Shown: in pieces, positions 27,682 through 41,299 of the stretch
Layout of the letters: each line of letters starts with the position of its first letter
Position numbering within the stretch: the stretch's first letter is position 1
Origin: Eledone cirrhosa
Lineage: Eukaryota
Direction: 5' to 3'
NCBI GenBank assembly: GCA_964016885.1
Contig: OZ024761.1
Location: 4,960,001-5,024,000 of the forward strand
Length of the DNA stretch: 64,000 nt
The notes under the pieces: generated by a model
The model's database searches: none
What the model was told of the DNA's origin: nothing
What the model saw: the letters and a program-made list of their open reading frames with translations, nothing else
Translations under genes and position numbers: made by a program

Positions 27682-28838
27682 GTCCCCCAGAGTGTCAGTT
27701 ACAAAGCTTGGCTAGATGTGGTTCTGTCACAGCTGAACACATTGCTGTCCTTTTGTCCACTAGAGTGTCAGTTACAAAGCTTGGCTAGATGTGGTTCTGT
27801 CACAGCTGAACATATTGCTGTCCTTTTGTCCCCTAGAGTGTCAGTTACAAAGCTTGGCTAGATGTGGTTCCACAACAGCTGAACACATTGCTGTCCTTTT
27901 GTCCCCTAGGGTGTCAGTTACAAAGCTTGGCTAGATGTGGTTCCACCACAGCTGAACACATTGCTGTCCTTTTGTCCCCTAGAGTGTCAGTTACAAAGCT
28001 TGGCTAGATGTGGTTCCACCACAGCTGAACACATTGCTGTCCTTTTGTCCCCTAGGGTGTCAGTTACAAAGCTTGGCTAGATGTGGTTCCACCACAGCTG
28101 AACACATTGCTGTCCTTTTGTCCCCTAGAGTGTCAGTTACAAAGCTTGGCTAGATGTGGTTCCACCACAGCTGAACACATTGCTGTCCTTTTGTCCCCTA
28201 GAGTGTCAGTTACAAAGCTTGGCTAGATGTGGTTCCACCACAGCTGAACACATTGCAGTCCTTTTGTCCCCCAGAGTGTCAGTTACAAAGCTTGGTTAGA
28301 TGTGGTTCCACCACAGCTGAACACATTGCTATCCTTTTGTCCCCTAGAGTGTCAGTTACAAAGCTTGGCTAGATGTGGTTCCACCACAGCTGAACACATT
28401 GCTGTCCTTTTGTCCCCTAGAGTGTCAGTTACAAAGCTTGGCTAGATGTGGTTCCACCACAGCTGAACACATTGCTGTCCTTTTGTCCCCCAGAGTGTCA
28501 GTTACAAATCTTGGCTAGATGTGGTTCCACCACAGCTGAACACATTGCTGTCATTTTGTCCCCCAGAGTGTCAGTTACAAAGCTTGGCTAGATGTGGTTC
28601 TGCCTGAACACATTGCTGTCCTTTTGTCCCCTAGAGTGTCAGTTACATAGTTTGGCTAGATGTGGTTCCACCACAGCTGAACACATTGCTGTCCTTTTGT
28701 TCACTAGAGTGTCAGTTACAAATCTTGGCTAGATGTGGTTCTGCCAGAACACATTGCTGTCCTTTTGCCCCCTAGAGTGTCAGTTACAAAGCTTGGCCAG
28801 ATGTGGTTCCACCACAGCTGAACACATTGCTGTCCTTT
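27682..28838 (-). repeat. 73-bp tandem array (~16 units) formed from the 3' end of a LINE with an (AAG)n tail
   Basis: Unit CCCCTAGAGTGTCAGTTACAAAGCTTGG...TTTTGT. TTCTTCTTCTT tail at 27666-27676. Single-copy coding-like continuation at 28840-29040. Confidence 0.85.
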
Positions 28839-29045
28839 CTCATTAAACTCTGCCAAGTCCAATACTGAGCTGGGGTGTTCCAGCAGGGGTCATATCAGGA
28901 GGTGCTGTGTAGTCTGTGGTTCAATGCCACAGTCACACACAACGTCCCCATCCTTTAAATATCACCATTTTGCAAGAGTGACTTTAGCAATTCAACACCA
29001 GATCTTAGTCTGTTTAGACATTTCCACACTGCATAGTTTGTATCT

Positions 29046-29237
29046 GCTCCAGGAGGGCAGTGCCTTACTTGCTTTTAGCTCCAGGGGAAATGCCTCGCTT
29101 ACCTTTAGCTCCAGCGGGCCAGTACCTCACTTGCCTTTAGCTCCAGGGGGCAGTGCCTCGCTCACCTTTAACTCCAGGGAGCAGTGCCTCATTTGCCTTT
29201 AGCTCCAGGGACAGTGCTTCGCTCGCCTTTAGCTCCA
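29046..29237. repeat. ~31-bp minisatellite, ~6 units
   Basis: GCCTTTAGCTCCAGGG..CAGTGCCTC recurs. Confidence 0.85.
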
Positions 29238-29239
29238 TT

Positions 29240-29960
29240 GTTGTTACAGATGGGGAGGGGTTGTTAAGTTTTTCTTCCCAGCGAGTGACTCTTTCACTAA
29301 TTATGCTTGATGTTCCAAGGGATGTGACGCTCTTTAGGACACTTTTCCTGGATTTAAGGTGTCTTTTTGCTGGTACATGGCCGAAGAGAGGATGTCGTTG
29401 ACATTCTCTTTTGTTTGTTACACTTCGTTGTATCTCGATAGTTAGAATGACATGAGGAGAGATTTCCTATGGCATCAAGATAATTTTATCTTGTTGAATT
29501 GAATCAAATGCGTTGTCAAAGTCGATAAACATCAAACACAGCGGACCTATTGGTCTTCTTTACCTCGTCTACTATTACCTGAAGAGCCACCATATGCGAG
29601 ACAATTGGTATCTGTTCTGGTTGTATTTGAGATTTGGGGATCAATACCAACCTTACCCGATTAAGTATGGATTAATTATAGAGCATTGCTGAGACATGCT
29701 GATGTGATGGTAGCTGACGGTCTTGATAGAAATCCGGATTGGGGTGGGGGTGGGGCATGATCGAAAGAGTCTCCTGTGGTAGTTTTTCGCCCTTCCTCAG
29801 TGTTGTGTTGCAGATGTTTTGCACGATACCATCCAGGCAGGGCCAATTTAATATTTCTTCTATACTTACCTAGAGGTAATTCTTGAACACCTCAGATGGG
29901 ATCCCATCAGGTTTTCTAACTTTTTCCCTGTCTCCGAGAATTCCTGGGCCTTTCAGGTCT
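29240..29960 (-). mobile_element. Degenerate non-LTR retrotransposon RT fragment
   Basis: Minus strand at ~29480-29545 reads LCLMFIDFDNAFDSIQQDKII, similar to the FIDFxKAFDS RT motif. Confidence 0.6.
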
Positions 29961-30574
29961 GCTATGGGTCATCATTATCAGTACCAGTAATACTCGAAGG
30001 GATGTCTCTATCTTCCAGGTCTGCTATGGGTTATCAGTACCAGTAATACTGGTAGGGATGTCTCTATCTTCACCACGATTAAAGAGTTCAGCCTGTAAGT
30101 GTTTTGTCTCAGAGAGCTCCTGGCCTTCTTCAGCACCACCATGAGTCTTCAATATCAGTACCAGTAATACTCGTAGCTTACCTACACACCTCACACTCAT
30201 CGGCCAGGCTGTGGAAAAGGACAATTGCCTAAAGCGCCAGGCAGTAGAATCAAAACCAGGGTCAGATTAAGTCCTTTTGATACTCTAAGTACTTAAAAGA
30301 TTACGATACACTTTCACCCCACCCCCAGTAAATGTATGTATGGACCTTTAACTCGTGCTGGAGTCGTAGGGGCGTTGTCATGACATAGGGCGTGCTTTGG
30401 TCACTTTAAACCTGGCGGAGCGCATCACCTCTGAACACGGCCGATTTCTATCAGAGCATGAAAGAGAACGAGAGAGAGAGGAAGTGATAAAGAGATATAG
30501 AGGAAGAATCGACCCAGTACATGACTGGTACTTTTACCAACTTCGATAAGATAAAAGATGGTAGGATTTGAACT

Positions 30575-30808
30575 CATATTTCACAGCCATGTAACTTGTG
30601 TTTGGAATTGCAAGCTCTCTATATTGTCATCATATTTCACAGCCATGTAACTTATGTTTGGAATTGCAATCTCTCTATATTGTCATCAAATTTCACAGCT
30701 ATGTAACTTATGTTTGGAATTGCAAGCTCTCTATATTGTCATCATATTTCACAGCCATGTAACTTATGTTTGGAATTGCAAAGCTCTCTATATTGTCAAA
30801 ATATTTCT
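30575..30808. repeat. ~56-bp tandem repeat x4
   Basis: CATATTTCACAGCCATGTAACTTATGTTTGGAATTGCAAGCTCTCTATATTGTCAT repeated. Confidence 0.9.
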
Positions 30809-31989
30809 TTCGGAAAAAATGTGAACTTTGCTTTTATGTAATTTGATAAAATGTCAACAAAAGAAATGTTTTTTTTTTTAACAAATTCAATTAATTTGAA
30901 TAAAATAGTCTTTGATGTTCAAAGTATGTTTATTTGACTAAATACTTTCTCCAACCTTGACTGTCATCACGTGATGATAAGGCAACTTATCCTGCCCTTA
31001 GGGGTAACCGTTATAATTCATGGCTATCTCATGGTTTTTATCTAACACACACACACACACACTCACACATACACAGAAGCACACACACATACACACACGC
31101 ACGCATATACACATACACGCACACTTACACACACACACACACACATACAGAGAGACACAGGCACACGCGCGCACGCACACATATACGCACACTCATACAC
31201 AGACACATACACACACACACACACATACACACAGACGCACATCCACACAGACTCACAGAAAGACACAGACACACACGCTCGCATACACACATACACACAC
31301 ATACAGACACACATACACGCACACACACACACACGCAGACACAAAAACACACAGAAGCACATACAGATACACACATACACACATAGAAGCACATACGCAG
31401 GCACACGCACACGCACAGCGAAGCACGTGCACACACACACACACACACACATACATATACACACGCACACATATATACACACACACATACACACACCCAT
31501 GCATTTGTGTTTGTGTGGGCACGTGTTTTTACACGTGTCTGTGTGAGTGTGTGAGTGTGTGACTGTGTGTGAGTGTGTGACTGTGTGAGTGTATCAGTGT
31601 GTGAGTGTGTGACTGTGTGAGTGTATGAGTGTATGAGTGTGTGACTGTGTGAGTGTGTGACTGTGTGACTATGTGAGTGTGTGACTGTGTGTGTGTGTGA
31701 CTGTGTGAGTGTGAGAGTGTGTGACTGTGTGAGTGTGTCAGTGTGTGACTGTGTTAGTGTGTCAGTGTGTGAGTGTATTAGTGTGTGAGTGTGTGACTGT
31801 GTGAGTGTGTGAGTGTGTGACTGTGTGAGTGTGTGAGTGTGTGACTGTGTGAGTTTCGAGTTCACAAAAAGACGGCTTAAACCACAAACACATCCACATC
31901 CACATATACACATCCACATACACATACACACATCCACATACACATATACACACATACACACTGAGCTGGCATGAGCCTCGCCATCACCT

Positions 31990-32168
31990 GGGGTAACTGG
32001 TGATGCTCGTGAAGGAGCTTGGCTGTTCCAGCATATCAGCCTCGCCATCACCCGAGGTAACGCTGCCAGCGTGTTGGCTTGCCTCAACAATTATTAGAGA
32101 GGTTTTCCAGTGCTCATCGCAATATTGTTATCTTTTAGTCTGGTAGCGGTTGGTTTGTTCACCCCTTT
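31990..32168 (+). mobile_element. CRE-like non-LTR element 3' end (restriction-like endonuclease C-terminus)
   Basis: VTGDAREGAWLFQHISLAITRGNAASVLACL*; paralogous to 37129-37405. Confidence 0.7.
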
Positions 32169-34318
32169 CACCTGCTTATGTATTGCATGTGGTCCTAGAT
32201 GTGTATATTACCTGCTTATGTGTTGTATGTGGTCCTAGATGTATGTATTACCTGCTGGTGTATTGAATGTGGTCCTAGATGTGTATATTACCTGCTTATG
32301 TGTTATATATGGTCCTAGATGTGTATGTGTGGTCCTAGATGTATGTATTACATGCTGGTGTGTTGTATTTGACCCTAGATGTATGTATTACCTACTTGTG
32401 TGTTGTACGTGGTCCAAGATGTATGTATTACCTGCTTGTTTGTTGTATGTGGTCCTAGATGTGTGTATTACCTGCTTGTGTGTTGTATGTGGTCCTAGAT
32501 GTGTGTATTACTTGCTGGTGTGTTGCATGTGGTCCTAGATGTATGTATTACCTGTTTGTTTGTTGTATGTGGTGCCAGATGTGTGTATTACCTGCTTATG
32601 TATTGTATGTGGTCCTATATGTATGTATTATCTCACAGTGTGTTGTATGTGGTCCTAGATGAATGTATTACCTGCTTGTTTGTTGTATGTAGTCCTAGAT
32701 GTGTGTATTACCTGCTTATGTATTGTATGTGGTCCTAGATGTATGTATTACCTGCTTGTTTGTTGTATGTAGTCCTAGATGTGTGTATTACCTGCTTATG
32801 TATTGTATGTGGTCCTAGATGTATGTATTACCTGCTTGTTTGTTGTATGTAGTCCTAGATGTGTGTATTACCTGCTTATGTATTGTATGTGGTCCTAGAT
32901 GTATGTATTATCTCACAGTGTGTTGTATGTGGTCCTAGATGTGTGTATTACCTGCTTGTGTGTTGTATGTGGTCCTAGATGTATGTATTACCTGCTTGTG
33001 TGTAGTATGTAGTCCTAGATGTGTGTATTACCTGCTGGTGTGTTGTATGTGGTCCTAGATGTGTGTATTACCTGCTTGTGTGTAGTATGTAGTCCTAGAT
33101 GTGTGTATTACCTGCTGGTGTGTTGTATGTGGTCCTAGATGTGTGCATTACCTGCTGGTGTGTTGTATGTGGTCCTAGATGTATGTATTACCTGCTGGTG
33201 TATTGCATGTGGTCCTAGATGTATGTATTACCTGCTTATGTGTTGTATGTGGTCCTAGATGTGTGTATTACTTGCTGGTGTGTTGCATGTGGTCCTAGAT
33301 GTATGTATTACCTGTTTGTTTGTTGTATGTGGTGCCAGATGTGTGTATTACCTGCTTATGTATTGTATGTGGTCCTATATGTATGTATTATCTCACAGTG
33401 TGTTGTATGTGGTCCTAGATCTATGTATTACCTACTTGTGTGTTGTACGTGGTCCTAGATGAATGTATTACCTGCTTGTTTGTTGTATGTAGTCCTAGAT
33501 GTGTGTATTACCTGCTTATTTGTTGCATGTGGTCCTAGATGTGTGTATTACCTGCTGGTGTGTTGTATGTGGTCCTAGATGTGTGTATTACCTGCTGGTG
33601 TGTTGTATGTGGTCCTAGATGTATGTATTACCAGCTTGTGCATTGTATGTGGTCCTAGATGTATGTATTACCTGCTGGTGTGTTGTATGTGGCCCTAGAT
33701 GAGTGTATTACCTGCTGCTGTGTTGTATGTGGTTCTAGATGTATGTATTACCTGCTGGTGTGTCGTATGTGGTCCTAGATGTATGTATTACCTGCTTGTG
33801 TGTCGTATGTAGTCCTAGATGTGTGTATTACCTGCTGGTGTGTTGTATGTGGTCCTAGATGTATGTATTACCTGCTGGTGTGTTGTATGTGGTCCTAGAT
33901 GTGTGTATTACATGCTGGTGTGTTGTATGTGGTCCTAGATGTGTGTATTACCTGCTGGTGTGTTGTATGTGGTCCTAGATGTGTGTATTACCTGCTTGTG
34001 TGGTGTATGTGGTCCTAGATGTTTGTATTACCTGCTTGTATGTTGTATGTGGTCCTAGATGTGTGTATTACGTGCTGGTGTATTGTATGTGGTCCTAGAT
34101 GTGTGTATTACCTGCTGGTGTGTTGTATGTGGTCTTAGATGTGTGTATTACCTGCTGGTGTGTTGTATGTGGTCCTAGATGTGTGTATTACCTGCTTGTG
34201 TGGTGTATGTGGTCCTAGATGTTTGTATTACCTGCTGGTATGTTGTATGTGGTCCTAGATGTTTGTATTACCTGCTTGTATGTTGTATGTGGTCCTAGAT
34301 GTGTGTATTACCTGCTTG
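32169..34318. repeat. 40-bp minisatellite, ~54 units
   Basis: GTGTGTATTACCTGCTKGTGTGTTGTATGTGGTCCTAGAT in register. Confidence 0.97.
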
Positions 34319-34962
34319 TTTTTTTTTTTCTCTTTGCCTCTTTCCTTGGTATAAATTACATTTGTTTGTGTTTTCGTTTTATAAGCATTATATTATTGTT
34401 TATATATACAGCTGGCTTAAACTTCAAACACATTCACTGAGACATATTCCCACCGAGCCAGCTTAAACTTCAAACACATTCACTGAGACATATTCCCACC
34501 GAGCCAGCTTAACCCTCAATCACATTCACATACACAAATGCACAGCACAGGCACGTGCGAACCCATGCGAGAGTCCTTCTGAGGTTCACACAGAACTTGG
34601 AAAACCTCAACTAAAACCAAACACAGTTACCTCCCTTGAACGTTATATAAGTTAAACTATTCTATCAGACACCAACTGTGTTATGCCGGAGACTTCTTAC
34701 TGCCTCAATTAAGATTTATGCTTCATATTTAGTAAGACAATCCACTGTTTTTCTCTTTCTTCAATAACAGTAGACATAATGAAGTTTTTACTGTATATCA
34801 TTACTGAGTATTCGTCACAGCTGGTCTGTATTGTAGTTTTATGTCCTTTCGCCTTCCTAAGCCGTTTCCTTGTGTTATATACAATGTATCGTTTGTCAAT
34901 ATATTTAGACATATGTAAACCTTCAAGCGGCGATTTAATATATGTCTACCTTTATATATATA

Positions 34963-35011
<49 letters not shown>

Positions 35012-35022
35012 AACAACGATAG

Positions 35023-35092
<70 letters not shown>

Positions 35093-35269
35093 TGAATATA
35101 CCTCTATGTTTACATATCGAGGACTCATTCTTTCGTAATTACATTTCACACGCAGGCGATTACTCATACACACACATGCATATATATATATGCACACACA
35201 CACATGCATATATGTATATAAATATATAATATATATGTATATATATATATATGTGTGTAATAATAATAA

Positions 35270-35427
35270 ATTTGAAGACTAAAATCCAAAGAGGGCTGGA
35301 TAAGGATAAATATATATCAGATATATAAGAACCGTAGAGCAAATATTTATTAAAGGTTTCAGAAGATCCCGTTAAGGGTGAAAGCAGCGATTCTTTGCTT
35401 AAACTTTAATCTGTTATTTTAATAAAT
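35270..35427 (+). mobile_element. Family-B element with CAGAAGA hammerhead-like motif (35355-35405)
   Basis: Tail, 12-nt inverted end, then an arm starting at stem I: GGTTT-CAGAAGA-TCCC gttaa GGGT-GAAA-GCA..TGC-T-T-AAACT. Confidence 0.75.
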
Positions 35428-35464
35428 ATATATACATGTATATATATAAATATATATATATATA

Positions 35465-35630
35465 AATAGGAACAAGTATGACCCCCGACGGCAGAGCTCA
35501 AGCCGTCGAAACGGCTTGAGTTCTGCCGTCGGGGTCATACTTGTTCCTATTACCCACTCTACTACCCTAAGTATTGAGTACTTTGGTGCGTTATGGTCCA
35601 TCTGGTTCCTTACCACAATTCCTTCGTTAT
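35465..35630. mobile_element. Short palindromic element containing the 3' half of a hammerhead (GAAACGGC..GCCGTC), plus tail
   Basis: Arms 35465-35506 and 35511-35551. Relatives at 35741-35790 and 61671-61770. Confidence 0.7.
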
Positions 35631-35672
<42 letters not shown>

Positions 35673-35803
35673 TATATAAATATATAGAACATCTATTTTA
35701 TTGTGGTCCTTTATTAATATTTATATTTTAGTCCAGAATTAGCCGTCGAAACGGCTTGAGCTCAGCCGTCGGGGTCTTACTTGTTCCTATATGTATATAT
35801 ATA

Positions 35804-35879
<76 letters not shown>

Positions 35880-36141
35880 CATAATCGAAGAAAGCTAAAA
35901 GCGATACTCCGGCCAAATTCCAACTCACTCAACAAACATTAGGAAATACCTGAGTATATTCCCAATTAATCGTTTGGGGTGCTAACTATATTGTATTGTG
36001 TGGATAAATATATATATGCGCAGACCGGTGGGGGTGAATTGGTACTCACAGGGGAACGGATGAAGAACCCAAAAGCACACACTTCGTCCGTTCCCATGTC
36101 GACTTGGATTGCCTCGGAAACATAACCTTATTATGTAACAA

Positions 36142-36215
36142 GCTGTCTGATGATGTCACGACACTCGCACACAGAACAGTGTGGCAAGTGTCGTCATTGA
36201 AATATATATCACAGC
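36142..36215 (+). ncRNA. Type I hammerhead ribozyme motif
   Basis: GCTGT-CTGATGA-TGTC ACGACACT..AGTGTCGT CATT-GAAA-TATATA-T-C-ACAGC. Confidence 0.85.
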
Positions 36216-36223
36216 ATTATTAT

Positions 36224-36790
36224 TGTGGATTGGCAGTATCGGTAGAGGGTCGGACGCCATGCTTTCCAGCATAGTTACGTCCCTTTACGATCTGAGTTCA
36301 AATCCCGCCGAGGTTGACTTTGCCTTTCATCCTTACGGGGTCGATAAAATAAAGTACCAGTAATGCACTGGGTAATTGCTGGCCTTGTGCCTAAACTAGA
36401 AACAATTATTATTAAAGGACTATTATTAAAGAGCGGTGGATTGGCAGTATCGGTAGAGAGTCGGACGCCATGCTTTCCAGCATAGTTACGTCCCTTTACG
36501 ATCTGAGTTCAAATCCCGCCGAGGTTGACTTTGCCTTTCATCCTTACGGGGTCGATAAAATAAAGTACCAGTAATGCACTGGGTAATTGCTGGCCTTGTG
36601 CCTAAAGTAGAAACAATTATTATTAAAGGACTTATTATTAAAGCATTATTATTAAAGGACTGAGTTCAAATCCCGCCGAGGTTGACTTTGCCTTTCATCC
36701 TTACGGGGTCGATAAAATAAAGTACCAGTAATGCACTGGGGTAATTGCTGGCCTTGTGCCTAAAGTAGAAACAATTATTATTAAAGGACT
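36224..36790 (+). mobile_element. Tandem tRNA-derived SINE copies (2 full, 1 partial)
   Basis: Near-identical ~200-bp units starting at 36224, 36436 and 36660. Confidence 0.85.
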
Positions 36791-36821
36791 TGAACATCTG
36801 AAACTACTTCGCTTTTACTTA

Positions 36822-36894
<73 letters not shown>

Positions 36895-37128
36895 AACGAG
36901 AGGAGTGATATAGTGTCTTGTTAAAGTATATATTAAACGGGATTACTGTCGCAACTCAGGTGTTCTACCTTTCTACCTGTCTCTTCTTCCCACGTGGCCT
37001 TCAAACTTCTACAAAAACTGGTTTTATATTCTATCCCCGCATTGATACATATATTCACAATAGAACCAATTGCATCTCTTCACATTCACACCATTTATTT
37101 TGTATGCTCGGCTTTTCTCCCTAATTAA

Positions 37129-37405
37129 AAATACTCTGATCTGTCGGCCAGCTACATTTTTCAGCCTGTGGCTTTCGAGACGTTTGGGGGAGTCGGGCCG
37201 CTGACTGCGAGGTTCCTCTCTTCACTGGCGGCTCGCCTAATAGAGGTAACTGGCGAATCCCGCAAGGGCGCTTGGCTGTTTCAGCGCATCACCCGAGGCA
37301 ACGCTGCAAGTGTGCTGGCTTGCCTCAAAAATCATTAGAGAGGTTGCCCAGTACCCCTGGCTGCTGTCTTTTGCTCTGGTCTTGGCTCCGTTGTTCACCC
37401 CTTCC
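37129..37405 (+). mobile_element. CRE-like non-LTR element 3' end
   Basis: KYSDLSASYIFQPVAFETFGGVGP..FLSSLAARL..WLFQRITRGNAASVLACL*. Confidence 0.75.
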
Positions 37406-37654
37406 TTTACATTTTCTTTACATTTTCTTTACATTTTCTTTGCAACATTAAAAGAATATATCTTTCTGAATGAATCGCGAGCTATTTATAATGTTATCTA
37501 AGCATTTGTAATGTTATTTATGTATATATTTAAAACATATTTGTTATTTATTCTACCGTAAATTTATTCATATGCTCTGTTTATATTTTCATTCTGAAAG
37601 ATTTGCAAACGGTTTGTAATGTATTTATGAAATAAAGATTACACATATACGTCT

Positions 37655-37915
37655 GTATGAAGCTACATATATGTATGTATGTGTGTATGAAGCTACATAT
37701 ATGTGTGTACGTGTGTATGAAGCTACATATATGTGTGTACGTGTGTATGAAGCTACATATATGTATGTACGTGTGTGTGAAGCTACATATATGTGTGTAC
37801 GTGTGTATGAAGCTACATATATGTGTGTACGTGTGTATGAAGCTACATATATGTATGTACGTGTGTATGAAGCTACATATATGTGTGTATGTGTGTATGA
37901 AGCTACATATATGTG
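37655..37915. repeat. 30-bp minisatellite, ~9 units
   Basis: GTGTGTATGAAGCTACATATATGTGTGTAC. Confidence 0.95.
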
Positions 37916-38341
37916 TGTGTGTGTATATGTATGTAGTATAAATATAATATTCACATGTCTGTGTATGTGTATATATATATATGTGTGTGTGTGTGTGTCT
38001 GTATATGTATGTAGTATAAATATAATTGTTTCTACTTTTGGCACAAGGCCAGCAATAAACCAGTGTATTACTGGTACTTTATTTTATCGACCCCCGTAAG
38101 GATGAAAGGCAAAATGAACCAAAACTAGCATTTGATAGCAAAGCTGTGTTGATGATGTAAGAGAAATTGCTCCTCCACGTTGGTTGTTACCACGTTTGTT
38201 TACCACGTAGTCTTTCATATAATCAATACTAGTGTACTCGTGTCGTCGACAATCAGCGCTCCGCCGTTCAACGTATTTTATTTTTTGGAATCCAGGCTTT
38301 GCCTGCCATATATTCCAGGATTACTGGACATTCATGTAACT

Positions 38342-38697
38342 CAGGGGTTCTCAAACTGTTGGGGAGCACCGCCCCCCCCCCCCCCTCACGGCCACGTTAT
38401 ACCCCCCCCCCCCCCCCTTCTATTTCCAGAGAGAGACCTACCTAACCGCAAATTGTAAATATTATACAATAAATAAAATTGTTAATTTATATATAATAAA
38501 TAATATAATATATACTATGTATAAATAAATATATATTTTTTATTTTATTATATTTATATATAATATGTATCATTTGATATTTAATATACTATTATATCAT
38601 CTCTACCACGCCACCTCACCGCCCCCTTAGCCCCAATGACCCCCTGGGCCTTCTCAACGCCCCCTGGTGGCGATAACGCCCACTTTGAGAACATCTG
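38342..38697. mobile_element. hAT-like MITE
   Basis: TIRs CAGGGGTTCTCAAA / TTTGAGAACATCTG; 8-bp flanks ATGTAACT / ATATAAAT match at 6 of 8. Confidence 0.7.
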
Positions 38698-38979
38698 ATA
38701 TAAATAGAGATAATTTGCATTTTGATAAATTAATGGAAGGTCCAGCTGAGCGTAGTTGTTAAAGTGGGAAGGACTGGCTGAATAGAAGTCAAGGGCAGGT
38801 ATGCAGATACCTCTGCTGCCAAATTTAGAGAACTCAAACAAAATGAAGACATTGGAATGGAATGGAGACTGTTTCAGCTGCTAAATGATGCAGGCAAAGG
38901 TGGCTTGGTGTAGTGTTGCGTAACATGCAGGGCCTGCGTTACCATATAAGCAAACTAGGCAGCAGCCTAGGGCCCTGAT

Positions 38980-39968
38980 TTAACCCTTTAGCATTCACAT
39001 TACTCTATATATACTATTATATTTTCATGGTAAAGGCTTTACCTCACATAATACCTCACATAACATTTACATTACTCTATATATACTATTATATTTTCAT
39101 GGTAAAGGCTTTACCTCACATAATATCTCACATAACATTTACATTACTCTATATATACTATTATATTTTCATGGTAAAGGCTTTACCTCACATATTACCT
39201 CACATAACATTTACATTACTCTATATATACTATTGTATTTTCATGGTAAAGGCTTTACCTCACATAATACCTCACATAACATTTACATTACTCTATATAT
39301 ACTATTGTATTTTCATGGTAAAGGCTTTACTTCACATAATATCTCACATAACATTTACATTACTCTATATATACTATTATATTTTCATGGTAAAGGCTTT
39401 ACCTCACATAATACCTCACATAACATTTACATTACTCTATATATACTATTGTATTTTCACAGTAAAGGCTTTACCTCACATAATATCTCACATAACATTT
39501 ACATTACTCTATATATACTATTGTATTTTCACAGTAAAGGCTTTACCTCACATAATATCTCACATAACATTTACATTACTCTATATATACTATTGTATTT
39601 TCATGGTAAAGGCTTTACCTCACATAATACCTCACATAATATTTACATTACTCTATATATACTATTGTATTTTCATGGTAAAGGCTTTACCTCACATAAT
39701 ATCTCACATAACATTTACATTACTCTATATATACTATTATATTTTCATGGTAAAGGCTTTACCTCACATAATACCTCACATAACATTTACATTACTCTAT
39801 ATATACTATTGTATTTTCACAGTAAAGGCTTTACCTCACATAATATCTCACATAACATTTACATTACTCTATATATACTATTGTATTTTCATGGTAAAGT
39901 CTTTACCTCACGTAATATCTCACATAACATTTACATTACTCTATATTTACTATTGTATTTTCACAGTA
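38980..39968 (+). mobile_element. Left part of a TTAA (piggyBac-type) MITE with 72-bp internal array (~13.5 units)
   Basis: TTAACCCTTTAGCATT end; same 72-bp unit as 45186-45834; right end absent. Confidence 0.8.
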
Positions 39969-41126
39969 ATACTACTCCTCTCTCTTTACCTCTGCTGCCT
40001 GTGTACAACATGTAAAGAGAGAGGAGTAGTTTGACTACCTCATACTACTCCTCTCTCTTTATCTCTGCTGCCTGTGTACAACATGTAAAGAGAGAGGAGT
40101 AGTTTGACTACCTCATACTACTCCTCTCTCTTTACCTCTGCTGCCTGTGTACAACATGTAAAGAGAGAGGAGTAGTTTGACTACCTCATACTACTCCTCT
40201 CTCTTTACCTCTGCTGCCTGTGTACAACATGTAAAGAGAGAGGAGTAGTTTGACTACCTCAGACTACTCCTCTCTCTTTACCTCTGCTGCCTGTGTACAA
40301 CATGTAAAGAGAGAGGAGTAGTTTGACTACCTCATACTACTCCTCTCTCTTTACCTCTGCTGCCTATGTACAACATGTAAAGAGAGAGGAGTAGTTTGAC
40401 TACCTCATACTACTCCTCTCTCTTTACCTCTGCTGCCTGTGTGAATGTATGTGTGTGTAAAAGGGAGGAAGGGGGTGGTGAAAAAAACTATAGCAAAATA
40501 ATGGTTGGCGTTCCATTTATTATGCTGTGTGTATGTGTGTGTTTGTGTGAATGTATGTGTGTGTTTGTGTGAATGTACGTGTGTGTTTGTGTGAATGTAT
40601 GTGTGTGTGTTTGTGTGAATGTACGTGTGTGTTTGTGTGAATGTATGTGTGTGTTTATGTGAATGTACGTGTGTTTGTGTGAATGTATGTGTGTGTGTTT
40701 GTGTGAATGTATGTGTGTGTGTTTGTGTGAATGTACGTGTGTGTTTGTGTGAATGTACGTGTGTGCTTGTGTGAATGTATATGTATGTGTTTGTGTGAAT
40801 GTATGTGTGTGTTTGTGTGAATGTATGTGTGTGTTTGTGTGTGAATGTATGTGTGTGTGTTTGTGTGAATGTATGTGTATGTGTTTGTGTGAATGCATGT
40901 GTATGTGTTTGTGTGAGTGTATGTGTGTGTGTATATTTTTGTGAATGAATGTGTGTGTGTGTGTGTGTGTGTGTGTATTTTTGTGTCTGTGTTTACACGT
41001 TTATATTTATATACTCATACATATAAATGTACACATACGTACATACACACACACACACATAAAAAACACACACACACATGCACACACTCTTATACACATA
41101 CACACACATATACACACACGCGTCAG
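39969..41126 (-). mobile_element. Second, shorter copy of the composite three-array element
   Basis: Reverse-collinear with 13157-17443; ~6.5 units of the 73-bp hairpin repeat. Confidence 0.8.
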
Positions 41127-41186
41127 TGTGATGAAAATAATTCTGGTATAATAAAAAATGTGTAATATTTTGTAGAGGTAAGAGAC

Positions 41187-41269
41187 ATGGAGGAGGGGGG
41201 CCGAAATATCCTGATTTTGGCCAAAATGAATGAAGTGTGCGGCAACTTAAGTACAGCAACGAGGATTAA
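41187..41269 (+). CDS. GLT1D1: GLT1D1-like glycosyltransferase, first coding exon
   Basis: MEEGGRNILILAKMNEVCGNLSTATRI(K) resembles the GLT1D1 N-terminal GNxxTAxR motif. Donor GTAAGT, phase 2. Possible acceptor TTTGTAG at 41175. Confidence 0.85.
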
Positions 41270-41299
41270 GTAAGTACAGAGCTACCTCTCACCACCACC

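Noticed and set aside
27682-28838. CRISPR-like regular array
   Set aside because: Units are identical end to end; derived from a LINE 3' end.
39027-40034. 335-aa repetitive hydrophobic ORF
   Set aside because: 72-bp MITE array whose unit is a multiple of 3.
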